Below are positions 19,861 through 29,050 of a stretch of 64,000 nt of DNA, one piece after another. How positions within the stretch are numbered: the first letter of the stretch is position 1; each line of letters opens with the position of its first letter. The notes beneath the pieces were generated by a model that was not told the origin of the DNA, did no database searches, and was given only the letters and a program-made list of their open reading frames with translations. The DNA lies in contig JAWLHJ010000002.1 of NCBI GenBank assembly GCA_041690395.1, forward strand, positions 292,707 through 356,706, written 5' to 3'. The DNA is from Longimicrobiales bacterium (GTDB taxonomy: Bacteria; Gemmatimonadota; Gemmatimonadetes; Longimicrobiales; Gaopeijiaceae). The position numbers were made by a program, and so were the translations under genes.

Positions 19861-20226
19861 ATGAACGACCATGTCGACAGCAAGACGGACTCGGGACACG
19901 GCGCGGGCCACGCCACGATCGTCATCGAGGGCTACATCGGTGAGATGAGCGACGAGCGGGTCGTGGTCTTCCCGTGCCTCGATCGACGTTACTCCGTCGA
20001 GATCCAGAGAAGGGACGTCCTCGATTTCGAAGCGGGCCGCGCGAACGGGGCGTGCCGTTTCGTGGTATCGAGGGCCGCATCCGTCCTGGAGCGCATCACG
20101 GTGGTGACGACCACTCGGCGCATCAGGAACGCCTGCGATATCTCGTGCGAGGAGGACACGACCATCGTGGACGGCGAAGACCTGGGAGACTGGACCCGAG
20201 GAGCGGACTGGTCCCGGCCGGATTGA
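19861..20226 (+). CDS. Hypothetical protein (121 aa)
   Basis: GGGGGA RBS, protein-like composition, fills the gap between the amidase and the convergent regulator. Confidence 0.7.
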   Translation: MNDHVDSKTDSGHGAGHATIVIEGYIGEMSDERVVVFPCLDRRYSVEIQRRDVLDFEAGRANGACRFVVSRAASVLERITVVTTTRRIRNACDISCEEDTTIVDGEDLGDWTRGADWSRPD

Positions 20227-20255
20227 GCGACCTGTGACGGCGGGGTGACGCCGGG

Positions 20256-23200
20256 TCAGGCGAGTCCCGCCTCCCGCACCAGGTCGACCAACTCCCCCCG
20301 CGAGCCGATACCAAGCTTCTCGTAGATGTTCGTGAGGTGGGTGCTGACCGTGCGCGTCGCGATCCCCAGCGCCTCCCCGACTTCCTGATTCGTCAGGCGC
20401 CGCGCCACGGAACGAGCGACCTCCGTCTCCCGATCGGTCAGGCCCGCCAACCCCGCCCCCGTTCCCTTGGCCGGCACGGGGTGTCCGGCTTCGGCGAACA
20501 TGTGGCGGGTCTTCTCCAACTCCGGCTCGGCGCCGAGCCGCACGCAGGTCTCGTGGACCCTCTTGAGTTCGGCCACCGCCCGGTCCTTCTCGCCGACATC
20601 CAGCAACCTACCGGCGAGCTGACGACGAATCCGCGCGGCGTAGGGAATCATCGGGATCGCCTCGAGCGACCGGGCGGCGCCGTGCATCAGCTCCACCGCC
20701 GTCTCCGGGTCACCCCGCTTCCAGCGTACGAGCGCGTCGCAGGCGTCGGCCCACGCCCGCCCGAGCGTGTGGTCCAATCGGTCCGCATGCAGCCTCAGGC
20801 GCGCGCCGACATCTCCGGCCTTGTCGATCTCCCCCGCCCACAGACACGCCTCGGCGAGCACGGGCAGAAGGCGGTGGACGGCCCAGAGCGTGTAGCCCGT
20901 GCCCTCCGCGATCGCGAGGCCTCGCTCGGCAGCCTCCATCGCGCCGGCGTAGTCTCCGGTCCCGATCCGGTAGTGCGCGGCGCCGACCAGCGCCGGAACG
21001 ACCTGATGCACGTCCACCGGCCCGTCATCCCGCCCGCTCTCCGACAACCGCATCGCCTCGTCGATGAGCTCGTGGGCCCGGTCCGTCGCCCCGCGCCCCA
21101 GATGGAACTGCGACGTCCAAACGAGAAGCCGTGGGAGCAGGGAGCGCTGGTGCAGGTCCCTGGCCAGCGCGATCGCCCGCTCGCCGAGCGCCACACCCGC
21201 GTCCCAGTCCCCCTGGCCATACGCGAGCTCGATCTCCATCTCGGCCGTCCAGAGCCGCAGGATGGGTGCCCGCGCACGGTCGGCGAGCTCGGTCAGCTCG
21301 TCGACGGCCTTGCGCATGTGGTCGGCCCCGCCACGCATCCCGGTCAGGACGCCGAGCCCCCAGCGGGCCCAGAACTCGGCCGACACGTCACCGGCCTCCC
21401 GAGCCAGCTCGATGGCGAGGTCGCCATGCTCACGCGCCTTCTCGGGTGGACCGACCCAGACGTACAGGAGCGCGAGCGACCGGTGGGCTCGGGCGAGGAG
21501 TCCGAGGTCCCCGACCGACTCGGCCAGCGGCAAGGCGGGCGCAACCATCTCCACCGCCTCGGCTCCCCGGCCCACCTCGTGCAGGCAGTGTCCCTTCGCG
21601 ATCCGCAGGCGTACGACCGCGGCTTCCGCCCCTTCCCGCTCCGCCAACGCGAGGCCTCGGTCGAGCGCGGCGTGCGCCTCCGCGTGACGACCGCACCAGA
21701 AGTGTGCCAGGCCGAGGCTCCGCAGAAGGTCCAGTCGAGCGGGATCGGACTCCGGGATGAGCCGTACCGCCTCGGACCAGAGCGCGACCGCGCCCTCGAA
21801 GTCCCCGAGATGTTGGCGTGCCCTGGCCAGCGTCGCCATGACGCGACCCCGCTCCAGCGGGTCGGCCGTCTCGTCGTCGTCGAAGGCTTCGAGGGCCGTC
21901 TCCAGGTACTCGACCGCCTCGCGGTCGGCCCTTCGCTCGAGCGCTTGCCGACCGGCCAGCAGGAGATATTCCGTCGCCTTCGCGCGCGCGGCTCCCGGCG
22001 AACGGGCGTAGTGGTACGCCAGCTCATCGGCCTGCCGGGCCGCCCGGGATCCGTGGAAGGCTTCGAGGGCTTCGGCGACCCGTTGGTGGAGCACCCGGGC
22101 ACGCTGAAGTCCGAGCTCCTCGTACAACGTCTGCCGTACGAGGGGGTGCTCGAACAGGTACACGACCACACCGTCCTCGTCGCGCTCGTCGAGCACATGG
22201 TGGTGCCTCAGCTCCTCCAGCGCCTCGAGCAGGGACGACTCCTCGAGCCCGGCGAGACGCGCGAGCACCGGGTGCCTCGCCCGAGCGCCCACGACCGACG
22301 CGAGCTCCGCCACGGCCTGGGCATCCTCGGAGAGCGAGCCGACACGCCCGAGCACCGCGTCCCGGATGGATCCGGGGAGCTCCAGATCGGCGGCGCCCCA
22401 TCCGGTCCAGGTCCCGGCCTCGTGGCGGAGGCGGCCCGTTGAGACCATCGACTTCAGGATCTCCTCGATGAAGAAGACGTTGCCTCGCGTCCATCCGTAG
22501 AGGAGCGCCGAGAACTCCCGGACCACCGACGGCGCCACGTCGAACGTGCGCCGCAGGAGTTCGGCGACCTCGTCTCGGGTCAGCGGAGCCATGCGGCGCA
22601 CCTCGCCCACGCCGAGCGACACCAGCGAGCGCTCTACCCGGACCAGCTCGGAGCCGGGCTCACGCTCCTGCTCGTTGTACGTGCACAGAATGAGCACCGG
22701 GTGGCCGGAGACCTGCCGAGCCAGGAAATGGAGGAGCTCCAGAGACGAACCGTCGGCCCACTGCAGGTCCTCCAGCACGAGCACGAGCGGATCGCGCGCC
22801 GCGTGTCTCTTCACGAACTGCGTGAAGTTCCACAAGAGGCGGGTCCGCAGCTCCTCGGGATCGCCGGACACATCGCGCGCCCGGCCCCCATTCCCGAGGG
22901 CAGGGAAGAGATGCGCGAGCTCCACCTCGCCGCCCCGACTCAGAACGGTGAGCCTGGCCGGATCCATGTCGCGCAGCAGGGGCGTGAAGGCGTCGGCGAA
23001 CAGCGCGTACGGGATGCCGGTCTCCACCGGGTACGCCCGCCCCCGGACGACCGTCCAGCCGGCCTCCTCCGCCGAGCCCGCGAACTCGGCCGCCAGCCTC
23101 GACTTGCCGACGCCGCCCTCTCCGGCCAGCACGACGGTCGAGGTCATGCGGCTGTCTTCTTCGAGGCGCTCCCGGAGGGCGTCGAGCTCGGCGCTCCGCC

Positions 23201-23309
23201 CGATCAAGGGCAGCGGGGTGGGGAGCGGCGGGCGCGGAGCTCGAGCCGATGGTGTTCGGCCGCCCGGCCGGGGGCGCTCGAGGTCCGACGTGTCCATCGA
23301 TTCAGGCAT
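20256..23309 (-). CDS. Large ATP-binding LuxR-family regulator (STAND/AAA ATPase - TPR - LuxR HTH; MalT/LAL-like)
   Basis: LIGRSAEL, Walker A GEGGVGKS, Walker B LVLEDLQWAD, GNVFFIEE, TPR-like helices, C-terminal LTDRETEVA...TVSTHLTNIYEKLG. Confidence 0.92.
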   Translation of the reverse strand: MPESMDTSDLERPRPGGRTPSARAPRPPLPTPLPLIGRSAELDALRERLEEDSRMTSTVVLAGEGGVGKSRLAAEFAGSAEEAGWTVVRGRAYPVETGIPYALFADAFTPLLRDMDPARLTVLSRGGEVELAHLFPALGNGGRARDVSGDPEELRTRLLWNFTQFVKRHAARDPLVLVLEDLQWADGSSLELLHFLARQVSGHPVLILCTYNEQEREPGSELVRVERSLVSLGVGEVRRMAPLTRDEVAELLRRTFDVAPSVVREFSALLYGWTRGNVFFIEEILKSMVSTGRLRHEAGTWTGWGAADLELPGSIRDAVLGRVGSLSEDAQAVAELASVVGARARHPVLARLAGLEESSLLEALEELRHHHVLDERDEDGVVVYLFEHPLVRQTLYEELGLQRARVLHQRVAEALEAFHGSRAARQADELAYHYARSPGAARAKATEYLLLAGRQALERRADREAVEYLETALEAFDDDETADPLERGRVMATLARARQHLGDFEGAVALWSEAVRLIPESDPARLDLLRSLGLAHFWCGRHAEAHAALDRGLALAEREGAEAAVVRLRIAKGHCLHEVGRGAEAVEMVAPALPLAESVGDLGLLARAHRSLALLYVWVGPPEKAREHGDLAIELAREAGDVSAEFWARWGLGVLTGMRGGADHMRKAVDELTELADRARAPILRLWTAEMEIELAYGQGDWDAGVALGERAIALARDLHQRSLLPRLLVWTSQFHLGRGATDRAHELIDEAMRLSESGRDDGPVDVHQVVPALVGAAHYRIGTGDYAGAMEAAERGLAIAEGTGYTLWAVHRLLPVLAEACLWAGEIDKAGDVGARLRLHADRLDHTLGRAWADACDALVRWKRGDPETAVELMHGAARSLEAIPMIPYAARIRRQLAGRLLDVGEKDRAVAELKRVHETCVRLGAEPELEKTRHMFAEAGHPVPAKGTGAGLAGLTDRETEVARSVARRLTNQEVGEALGIATRTVSTHLTNIYEKLGIGSRGELVDLVREAGLA

Positions 23310-23315
23310 GGGCCC

Positions 23316-23591
23316 TCACACCTCGAAGCGGATCATCTTCCTGTCGAGGTAGCACCAGCCCCACCGCTCACCCGGCTCGAACGACCGGATGATCACGTGC
23401 CCCGTCATGTTGGCGTGGCGGGTCGCGTGCCGGTTGGCGGACGAGTCGCAGCAGCCGACGTGCCCGCACGTCATGCACAGCCGCAGATGGACCCACGAGT
23501 CGCCGCTCTCCAGGCACTCCTGACAGCCTTCCGGAGTGAGGGGCTCGACGTCCTTGACCTGATCCACGTGCTCGCAGCCGAAGGCCTTCAC
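23316..23591 (-). CDS. Stand-alone UBP-type zinc finger (zf-UBP) protein
   Basis: CEH...GCQEC...WVHLRLCMTCGHVGCCDSS...HATRH...HVIIRSFEPGERWGWCY. GTG 23591 chosen as start, downstream of the S9 stop. Confidence 0.85.
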   Translation of the reverse strand: MKAFGCEHVDQVKDVEPLTPEGCQECLESGDSWVHLRLCMTCGHVGCCDSSANRHATRHANMTGHVIIRSFEPGERWGWCYLDRKMIRFEV

Positions 23592-23625
23592 GAGAGACGC
23601 TCCCGAAGAGGTGTCGTGCGGCCGG

Positions 23626-25740
23626 TCACCGCAGGAACCGGTCGAGGAAGTCCGCGGTCGCGCGGTAGGCGCGGAGCCAGCTGTCGTGCAGGAGGAATCC
23701 GTGCACTTCGTCCGGGAAGACCAGGCTCTCCACGTGCACGCCCCGCTCCCGCAACTCCTCCGCCAGACGCACGCTCTCACTGAACGCGACGTTGCGGTCG
23801 TCGTCACCGTGGATGAGAAGGACCGGAGAACGCCACCGGTCGAGCGTCGCCATCGGCGAGGCTTCGAACGCGCGCTCCGAGAACTCCGGATGCTGTCCTC
23901 GGTCATAGTCGGGCCGGAAGTTCACGATCCCCTGGTTCCAGTCGTGCACGCCGTGAACGTCCACCCCCGCCCTGAACAGGTCCGACGCACGCGACAGTCC
24001 CATGGCCGTAAGATATCCGCCGTACGACCCGCCCCACAGCCCGATCCGGTCCGGGTCCACGTCGGGCCGGCTCGCGAGGTAGAGACCGGCGCCCATCACG
24101 TCACGGAACTCGCTCCCGCCGGTGGCGCCGTAGTCGAGTGCCTCACGGAACTCGAGCCCGTAGCCGATGCCGCTCCGGTAGTTGATGGAGAGTACGACGT
24201 ACCCGCGACTCGCCATGTACTGATTGAAGGCGTAGGCGTTGTGGTAGTAGCCGCGGTCGTGGAAGCCCAGGAGCATCTGACGCCGAGAGCCACCGTGCAG
24301 AAAGACGATCGCCTGATGGCGCTCGCCCGCGGCGCTGGCGGCGGGTCGGAAGAGCTGAGCGTGGATGCGCATCCCGTCGGAGCCCTGGTAGACCACCTGC
24401 TCGGGCTCCACCAGGGCGCTCGACGGGAACCCGCCCGGAACCGGCGGACTCATCGTCGTGCGCGTCCCGTCCGGGAGTCGGAGCGCCTCGGCCCGGCCCG
24501 GGCTCGTCCCTTCGGAGCCCAGGAACGCGACCGCGCTCCCGTCCGCGGTCATGACGGGCTTCCACTCGAGGCCGTCCCCGGGCGTGAGCAGGGTCGGCTG
24601 TCCGCCCGACACCGGCACCCGCCACAGGTGACGCCGATCGATGTCGTCCTCGTTGCTCGAGACGAGCATGGCCGTGCCGTCGGGGCTGAGCGAGACGTAC
24701 TGGACCTCGAAGGCACCGGGCGTGAGGTCGACCGCGGTCCCTCCGCCGGCCGGAACCGCCCAGAGATGGATCCACCCGGTCTTCTCCCACGGGAACACCA
24801 GTCGATCTCCGGCGGCCCAGAACAGCTGCCGGTCCGCGTCGACGCCCTGGAACACGCTTCCGTACCCTCGGTCCGCGCGCCAGACCTCGGCGGCCTCACC
24901 CGTATCGGGATCACCGACCAGGATCGAGAACGGATTCGCTTCCCGGACGGGCTCGAAGGGGAGCTCGCGGTACCGGTTGGGCTGCCGCAGGAAGGCGATC
25001 CGCGAGCCGTCCGGCGACCAGACCGGGCTCCCGTCTCGGTCGATCCCGGGCGACATCCACGTGAGAGTCGAGTCGGCGAGCGTGAAGACGCCCACGAACG
25101 CGTGGTCCCCCCGTCCGCTCACGAAGGCCATGCGCGACCCGTCCGGGGACCAGGTCGGGCTCCCGGCGCCGCGCCGCACGTCGAGAAGCTGACTGGCGTC
25201 CCCCCCGGCGACGGGCACCGTCCAGATCTGACCGCCGCGACCGAACGCCACGAGGTCTCCGCGGGGCGATACGGCCGGCCCGCTCCCCTCGGCGAGACGC
25301 CGGGGGGCGCCACCGGAGACATCCACGACCCAGATGGCGCGCTCGGCGCCGGACGGATCGCTCGTCGGGTTGGGCACGTATCCGTCGCGGTTCGGCGCGC
25401 CCCCGCGCACGTACACGATCCGCTCGCCGTCGGGCGTGAAGTGGAGGCCGGTGAGCTCCTGGCCGTCGTCCTCCGTGTACGACGTGACCGCCCGCCCCTC
25501 GAAGCCCGGACCCTCAGCGACCCATATGTTCCGGACGCCCTCGCGGTTCTCGACCCAGGAGACCCGTGCGCCCACCGGCGCCGCGACCAGCTCCGTCGGT
25601 ACCGAGACGCTCATCACCTGCTCGAGCGTGAACGGGTCCTGGGCGATCGCGGTCGCTGGAGCGAGGAGGAAAGGCAGTGCTGCGAGCGGGGAAAGGGCCT
25701 TCCAGGCGCGGCGGCGGGGGTCGGATGGCGTGCGTGTCAT
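23626..25740 (-). CDS. S9 prolyl oligopeptidase / dipeptidyl peptidase family, secreted
   Basis: Signal peptide, WSPDG propeller repeats, GGSYGG nucleophile, DRNV Asp, DEVHGF His. Confidence 0.92.
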   Translation of the reverse strand: MTRTPSDPRRRAWKALSPLAALPFLLAPATAIAQDPFTLEQVMSVSVPTELVAAPVGARVSWVENREGVRNIWVAEGPGFEGRAVTSYTEDDGQELTGLHFTPDGERIVYVRGGAPNRDGYVPNPTSDPSGAERAIWVVDVSGGAPRRLAEGSGPAVSPRGDLVAFGRGGQIWTVPVAGGDASQLLDVRRGAGSPTWSPDGSRMAFVSGRGDHAFVGVFTLADSTLTWMSPGIDRDGSPVWSPDGSRIAFLRQPNRYRELPFEPVREANPFSILVGDPDTGEAAEVWRADRGYGSVFQGVDADRQLFWAAGDRLVFPWEKTGWIHLWAVPAGGGTAVDLTPGAFEVQYVSLSPDGTAMLVSSNEDDIDRRHLWRVPVSGGQPTLLTPGDGLEWKPVMTADGSAVAFLGSEGTSPGRAEALRLPDGTRTTMSPPVPGGFPSSALVEPEQVVYQGSDGMRIHAQLFRPAASAAGERHQAIVFLHGGSRRQMLLGFHDRGYYHNAYAFNQYMASRGYVVLSINYRSGIGYGLEFREALDYGATGGSEFRDVMGAGLYLASRPDVDPDRIGLWGGSYGGYLTAMGLSRASDLFRAGVDVHGVHDWNQGIVNFRPDYDRGQHPEFSERAFEASPMATLDRWRSPVLLIHGDDDRNVAFSESVRLAEELRERGVHVESLVFPDEVHGFLLHDSWLRAYRATADFLDRFLR

Positions 25741-25838
25741 GGCGTGCGTCGGAGCGAGGGGAACGGACGGCCATGATAGGCCGGCATCTCACGCGCAGCC
25801 AGCCACTCCTGCTGAGTGGCCCGGTCCCCCGCCCCGCT

Positions 25839-28523
25839 TCAGTCCGACCGGAGCGGCGTCGCCGGGCTGACCGCGGTGGCGCGCCGCGCGGGAATCCAAC
25901 AGGCTACGAACGCGGCTACCGCGAGTAGCACGACCGACCCCAGCAGTGTAGGCGCGTCGGTCGCCTCCACTCCCCAGAGGAGCGCCTCGAGGGTCCGGGC
26001 GAGCAGTGGCGAGGCGGCGAGCCCGAGGGCGAGCCCCACGGCGATGAGCACACCGGCCTGCCGCGTGATCATCCCGACCACGCTTCCCGGCTCCGCTCCG
26101 AACACCATCCGGATGGCGATCTCGCGCCGGCGCTCGGCCACCACGAACGCCATCAGGCCGAAGACCCCGACCAGGGTGACGATGAGGGCCGTACCGGCGA
26201 AGATCCCCATCAGCGAGAGCGTGAGCCGCCGCGGTGCCAGCGCCTCACCACGGACGGCCTCGAGCGTCCGCACGTCCTCGACCGGAAGCTCCGGGTCGAG
26301 GCGGTGGATGATATCGCTGACGATTCGCGGCGACGGGAGCGACCCCGCCGCACCGCGAAGGACGAGGGTCGTGCCGTAGGAGCCTCCCTGCCTCGCGCTC
26401 GTGTAGACTTCGGCGCCCGCCTCCTGGTCGAGACCGCGGAAGCGCACATCGCCCACCACGCCGACGATCGTGAAGGTGGTCTGCGGGTCGCAGCCCGACG
26501 CGTTGCAGGAGAGGAGCCTCTGGCCAACCGGATCCTCCCCCTCGAACCGACTCTCCGCGAAGGTCTGGTTCACCAGCACGACCCGGGTGCCGCCGCGGAC
26601 GTCCTCGGGTCCGAACAACCGTCCTCCGAGCAGCGGGATCCCGAGCGCCTCGAAGGCGTCGTCGGTCACCACCCGCTGAAAGACCTGGATGTTCTGCCCA
26701 TCGTCGGCCGGCCGTCCCTCGATCTGGACCTGCTGGCTGAACGTGCCTCCTCCTGCCAGCGGGACGAGGTTCACGACGGCAGCGGCCTCGACCCCTGGCG
26801 CTCGTTCGAGCTCACCGAGCACCGTCGACCAGAGCTCGTCCTGAGCCTCCCACGACGAGTAGCGGCCCTGGATGGGGTACGCTACGCGAGCAGTCAGGAC
26901 GTCGGCCGGGTCGAACCCCGCGTCGACGGACTGCAGCGCAACGAAGCTCCGGGTCAGGAGTCCGGCGCCCGTGAGGAGCACGAACGATGCCGCGATCTGG
27001 GCGACGACGAGTGCCGAACGCACCGCCTGGCTCTTACGCGTCGCGCTGCGCACGCCCGCCTCGCGGAGCGCCCTCGCGGGCTCGTGGCTGCGGGCCAGGG
27101 CCGGTAGCACGCCGAAGAGCAGCCCCGTGAGGGTCGCGGCGCCGAGGGTGAAGCCCAGGACCGGCAGATCGATCCCGACCTCGGCCGCGCGCGGCGTGAA
27201 GCGGGCGGCGAACGAGGCGAGTAGCTCGAGGCCTCCCAGCGTGATCAGCAGCCCCACGCCCGCGCCGAGCCCGGCGAGCACGAAGGACTCGGTCGCGAGT
27301 TGGCGGACCAGACGCCCACGCTGCGCCCCGAGCGCGGTGCGGACGGACATCTCCTGCACACGTCGGTCGAGGCGGGTGAGCATGAGGTTGGCCACGTTCG
27401 CGCAGGCGATCAGCAGGACGAACAGCGTAGCCGCCATGAGGACCAGGAGGGTCGGCCGCGCCTCGCGCACGAGCTCCTCCTTCACCATGACCGCCGAGGC
27501 CGTGTAACCGCTCCGATCCGGCCGGTACACGTCCGGGCGGGTGGAGGCGAGCTCGCCGGCGATACCCGCCATCTCCACGGCCACGTCGTCGAGGGTCATG
27601 CCCGAGACCATGCGGCCGGTCACCGTCATCATGCGCGCGTTCGGATTCGTCTCGAACGCCTCGGCCGAGCGGACCGGGCAATGCGACACGGGCATGTACA
27701 CTTCCGGGCCTGCGGGAAAGCGCGCCGCCGGCGGCAGGATGCCGACCACCGTGTGGACCTGGTCGTTCATCTCGAACCGACGGCCCACGACCGACGGGTC
27801 GCGTCCGAACCGCTCGGTCCAGTACTCGTGGCTGAAGACGAGGACCCGCGGGCCGATACCGGCCTCCTCCTCCGGGGTGAAGCCGCGGCCGAGCACGGGC
27901 TCCATCCCCATCGCGGTGAAGTAGTTCCACGAGACGACGCCGGTCTGCACCTCCTCGGGCTCCCCTTCCCCGATGAGGTTGAACGTCATGGCGTGGAACT
28001 CGACGACGGACTCGAGCGTGCGTGAGCGCGTCCGGTACGCCTCGACCTCCTGCACCGAGAAGCTCACCTCGGGAAGATTCTGGCCGGGCGCGCTCTGGAC
28101 CACGTGGACGAGGCGGTCGCCGTCCTCGTTCGGGAGCGGCTGGAGCAGCACCGCGTTCACGAGGCTGAACACGGCCGTGTTCGCCCCGATCCCGACGCCC
28201 AGCGTCACCACGACGAGGGCAGAGAAGCCGGGGCGCTGCCGCACGCTCCGAAAGGCGGTGGAGACGTCGCGGAGCGCGTCTTCGACCCATACGAGGCGTC
28301 GGCGCCCTCGGATGGTCTCCTTCACCTGGTCGACGCCGCCGAACTCGCGGCGGGCCTCCCGGAGCGCGGCCTCCCGATCGAGCCCGCGGCGCATGTGCCC
28401 CTCGGCCGCCATTTCGATGTGGAAGCGCAGCTCGTCATCGAGATCGGCGCGCTCGCGCTTCGGTAGGATAAGGGCGCGTATGCCCCGTCGGAGCGCGCGT
28501 ATCCATGAGATCATCCCGTTCAT
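25839..28523 (-). CDS. Duplicated MacB/FtsX-type orphan permease (ADOP-like) with N-terminal prefix domain
   Basis: LGVGIGANTAVFSLVNAVLL, LLIACANVANL, second repeat RREIAIRMVFGA, IPARRA; prefix DLDDELRFHIEM...ARREFGG. Confidence 0.9.
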   Translation of the reverse strand: MNGMISWIRALRRGIRALILPKRERADLDDELRFHIEMAAEGHMRRGLDREAALREARREFGGVDQVKETIRGRRRLVWVEDALRDVSTAFRSVRQRPGFSALVVVTLGVGIGANTAVFSLVNAVLLQPLPNEDGDRLVHVVQSAPGQNLPEVSFSVQEVEAYRTRSRTLESVVEFHAMTFNLIGEGEPEEVQTGVVSWNYFTAMGMEPVLGRGFTPEEEAGIGPRVLVFSHEYWTERFGRDPSVVGRRFEMNDQVHTVVGILPPAARFPAGPEVYMPVSHCPVRSAEAFETNPNARMMTVTGRMVSGMTLDDVAVEMAGIAGELASTRPDVYRPDRSGYTASAVMVKEELVREARPTLLVLMAATLFVLLIACANVANLMLTRLDRRVQEMSVRTALGAQRGRLVRQLATESFVLAGLGAGVGLLITLGGLELLASFAARFTPRAAEVGIDLPVLGFTLGAATLTGLLFGVLPALARSHEPARALREAGVRSATRKSQAVRSALVVAQIAASFVLLTGAGLLTRSFVALQSVDAGFDPADVLTARVAYPIQGRYSSWEAQDELWSTVLGELERAPGVEAAAVVNLVPLAGGGTFSQQVQIEGRPADDGQNIQVFQRVVTDDAFEALGIPLLGGRLFGPEDVRGGTRVVLVNQTFAESRFEGEDPVGQRLLSCNASGCDPQTTFTIVGVVGDVRFRGLDQEAGAEVYTSARQGGSYGTTLVLRGAAGSLPSPRIVSDIIHRLDPELPVEDVRTLEAVRGEALAPRRLTLSLMGIFAGTALIVTLVGVFGLMAFVVAERRREIAIRMVFGAEPGSVVGMITRQAGVLIAVGLALGLAASPLLARTLEALLWGVEATDAPTLLGSVVLLAVAAFVACWIPARRATAVSPATPLRSD

Positions 28524-28533
28524 CGTCCACCCC

Positions 28534-28869
28534 TCACGCCGTGCTGAGAATGGCCTCCACCGCCCCGGTGAAGGCCTTCCACTTCGCGGTCTCTCGCTCC
28601 AGGTACTCGTGGCCCGCCGGCGTCAGCCGATAGAACTTGGCCCGCCGGTTGTTCTCCGAGACGCCCCACTCGGCGTCGAGCAGGCCCTTGTCGCGCAGCC
28701 GGTGGAGCGCCGGATAGAGCGAGCCCTGGTTCAGCCGCAGCAGGTCGTCGGACAGCACCTGGATGCGCTGGGCGATCCCCCACCCGTGCATGGGCTCCGC
28801 GCGGACGGTCCGTAGGATCAGCATGTCCAGCGTGCCCATGAAGACATCCGATGACTCTACGATGGTCAT
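28534..28869 (-). CDS. PadR-family transcriptional regulator (acidobacterial ADOP-associated type)
   Basis: GTLDMLIL, MHGWGIAQRI, GSLYPALHRL, WGVSENNRRAKFYRLT; 10 bp upstream of the permease. Confidence 0.92.
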   Translation of the reverse strand: MTIVESSDVFMGTLDMLILRTVRAEPMHGWGIAQRIQVLSDDLLRLNQGSLYPALHRLRDKGLLDAEWGVSENNRRAKFYRLTPAGHEYLERETAKWKAFTGAVEAILSTA

Positions 28870-28910
28870 GCCCTCTCCCGAACGTGCGGTCCGATAGCCG
28901 TCGTGGCCAT

Positions 28911-28966
28911 TTCCCTAGAGTGCCTACAGGAAGGATGCGAGGCGCTCCTGTAGCCTGTCAAGGGGA
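28911..28966 (-). promoter_or_regulatory. Promoter with a pair of inverted 22-bp boxes (putative PadR operators)
   Basis: TTCCCTAGAGTGCCTACAGGAA (28911-28932) and, on the minus strand, TCCCCTTGACAGGCTACAGGAG (28966-28945): 16/22 identical. The second contains TTGACA. Confidence 0.6.
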
Positions 28967-29050
28967 GTGGGCTCGAGACCTTCCTCTTCCGAGGATTTCG
29001 ATACATGCTGACGACGTCGGATCAGATCTCGACTTCAGGTGGGATACCTC

